Of a DNA stretch of 22,367 nt, positions 21,372 to 22,367 are shown piece after piece; positions within the stretch are counted from its first letter, which is position 1, and each line of letters opens with the position of its first letter. The position numbers were made by a program, and so were the translations under genes. Source of the DNA: Vicugna vicugna. Taxonomy: Eukaryota. The stretch is from positions 930,001 to 952,367 of the forward strand of contig MU058418.1 in assembly GCA_013265495.1 (NCBI GenBank), read 5' to 3'. Under the pieces are notes generated by a model. The model had not been told where the DNA came from. It searched no databases and saw only the letters and a program-made list of their open reading frames with translations.

Positions 21372-21811
21372 TTTTTTTTTTAAGTATAGTTGACTTACAA
21401 TATTTTGTTAGTACAGCATTATACATAATGATTCAGTAGTTTTGCAGATTATACTCCATTATAGGTTTTTACAAGGTAAGGTGTATAATTCTCTGTGCTA
21501 TACAGTATATCTTTATTGCTTATCTGTTTTATATATGGTAGTTTGTATCTGTTAATCCCATACACCAAATTTGTCCCTCCCCTCTACCTTTTCCTCTGTG
21601 GTAACCACAAGTTTGTTTTCTATATCTGTGAGTATGTTTCTGTTTTGCATATACATTCATTTGTATTTTTTTTTAGATTCCACATATACGTGATATCATA
21701 CAGTATTTGTCTTTGATTTCTTTCACTAGGCGTAGTATTCTCTAGGTCCATCCACATTGCTGCAAATGGCAGTATTTGATTTTTTTATGGCTGAGTAGCA
21801 CTCAGTTATAT

Positions 21812-21868
<57 letters not shown>

Positions 21869-22168
21869 ACATCTTCTTCATCCAGTCATCTGTTGATGGG
21901 CACTTGAGTTGCTTCCATGTCTTGGCTATATTGTAAATAGTGCTGCTATGAACATTGGGGTGCATATATCCTTTCAAATTAGTGTTTTCATTTTTTCCAG
22001 ATATATACCCAGGAGTGGAATTACCCAGTTATATGATCGTTACATTTTTAGTTTTTTGAGAAACATCTATACTGTTTTCTATATAGATACACCAACTTAC
22101 ATTCCCACCAACAGTGTATGAGGGTTCCCTTTTCTCTACATTGTATCCAACATTTGTTGTTTGAAGAC
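21372..22168 (-). mobile_element. L1 3' portion (ORF2 end + 3'UTR + poly(A)), medium age
   Basis: T10 tail at 21372-21381; minus-strand peptide IAKTWKQLKCPSTDDWMKKM; CTCTAGGTCCATCCACATTGCTGCAAATGGC; CATTCCCACCAACAGTGTATGAGGGTTCCC. Confidence 0.92.
21814..21865. repeat. (GT)26 perfect microsatellite
   Basis: Read directly from the sequence. Confidence 0.98.
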
Positions 22169-22367
22169 TTTTTTTTTAACATTTTTTATTGATTTATAAT
22201 CATTTTACAATGTTGTATCAAATTCCAGTGTTCAGCACAATTTTTCAGTCATTCATGGACATATACACACTCATTGTCACATTTTTTTCTCTGTGATTTA
22301 TCATAACATTTTGTGTATATTTCCCTGTGCTATACAGTGTAATCTTGTTTATCTATTCTACAATTTT
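22169..22367 (-). mobile_element. Young L1 3' end (same family as 11659-11971), inserted into the preceding L1; runs off the window
   Basis: TTTTTTTTTAACATTTTTTATTGATTTATAATCATTTTACAATGTTGT..TTCCCTGTGCTATACAGTG; roughly 90% identical by eye to the reverse complement of 11771-11970. Confidence 0.92.

Noticed and set aside
1..22367. Prokaryotic-type systems (CRISPR, operons, retrons, defence islands)
   Set aside because: The sequence is mammalian repeat-rich DNA. The only reverse transcriptase is decayed L1 ORF2, and there are no regularly spaced repeats.

Overview
AT-rich, repeat-dense mammalian genomic DNA (intergenic or deep intronic), most likely from a camelid: it contains a vic-1-like tRNA-derived SINE and young L1 3' ends of one lineage-specific type. 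I recognise no host protein-coding gene or RNA gene. The ORF-track hits are broken LINE-1 ORF2 pieces, their antisense shadows, or chance ORFs. The centre is a TSD-flanked LINE-1 (~7085-12701) with its true 5' end (YY1 motif) and a full-length but decayed ORF2, but no ORF1. It sits inside an older L1MC-type element and carries or abuts three younger TSD-flanked L1 3'-end insertions. The most unusual object is a ~1.03 kb TSD-flanked, polyadenylated composite retroposon on the minus strand (16137-17166). It has an intact L1 ORF1 C-terminus and stop, the inter-ORF spacer, no sense ORF2, and a patchwork 3' tail, i.e. a HAL1 (half-L1)-like architecture. The rest is MaLR/ERVL solo LTRs, MIRs, old L1ME pieces, microsatellites and a few candidate splice signals. 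Repeat subfamily names come from my recall of consensus motifs, not from a database search.
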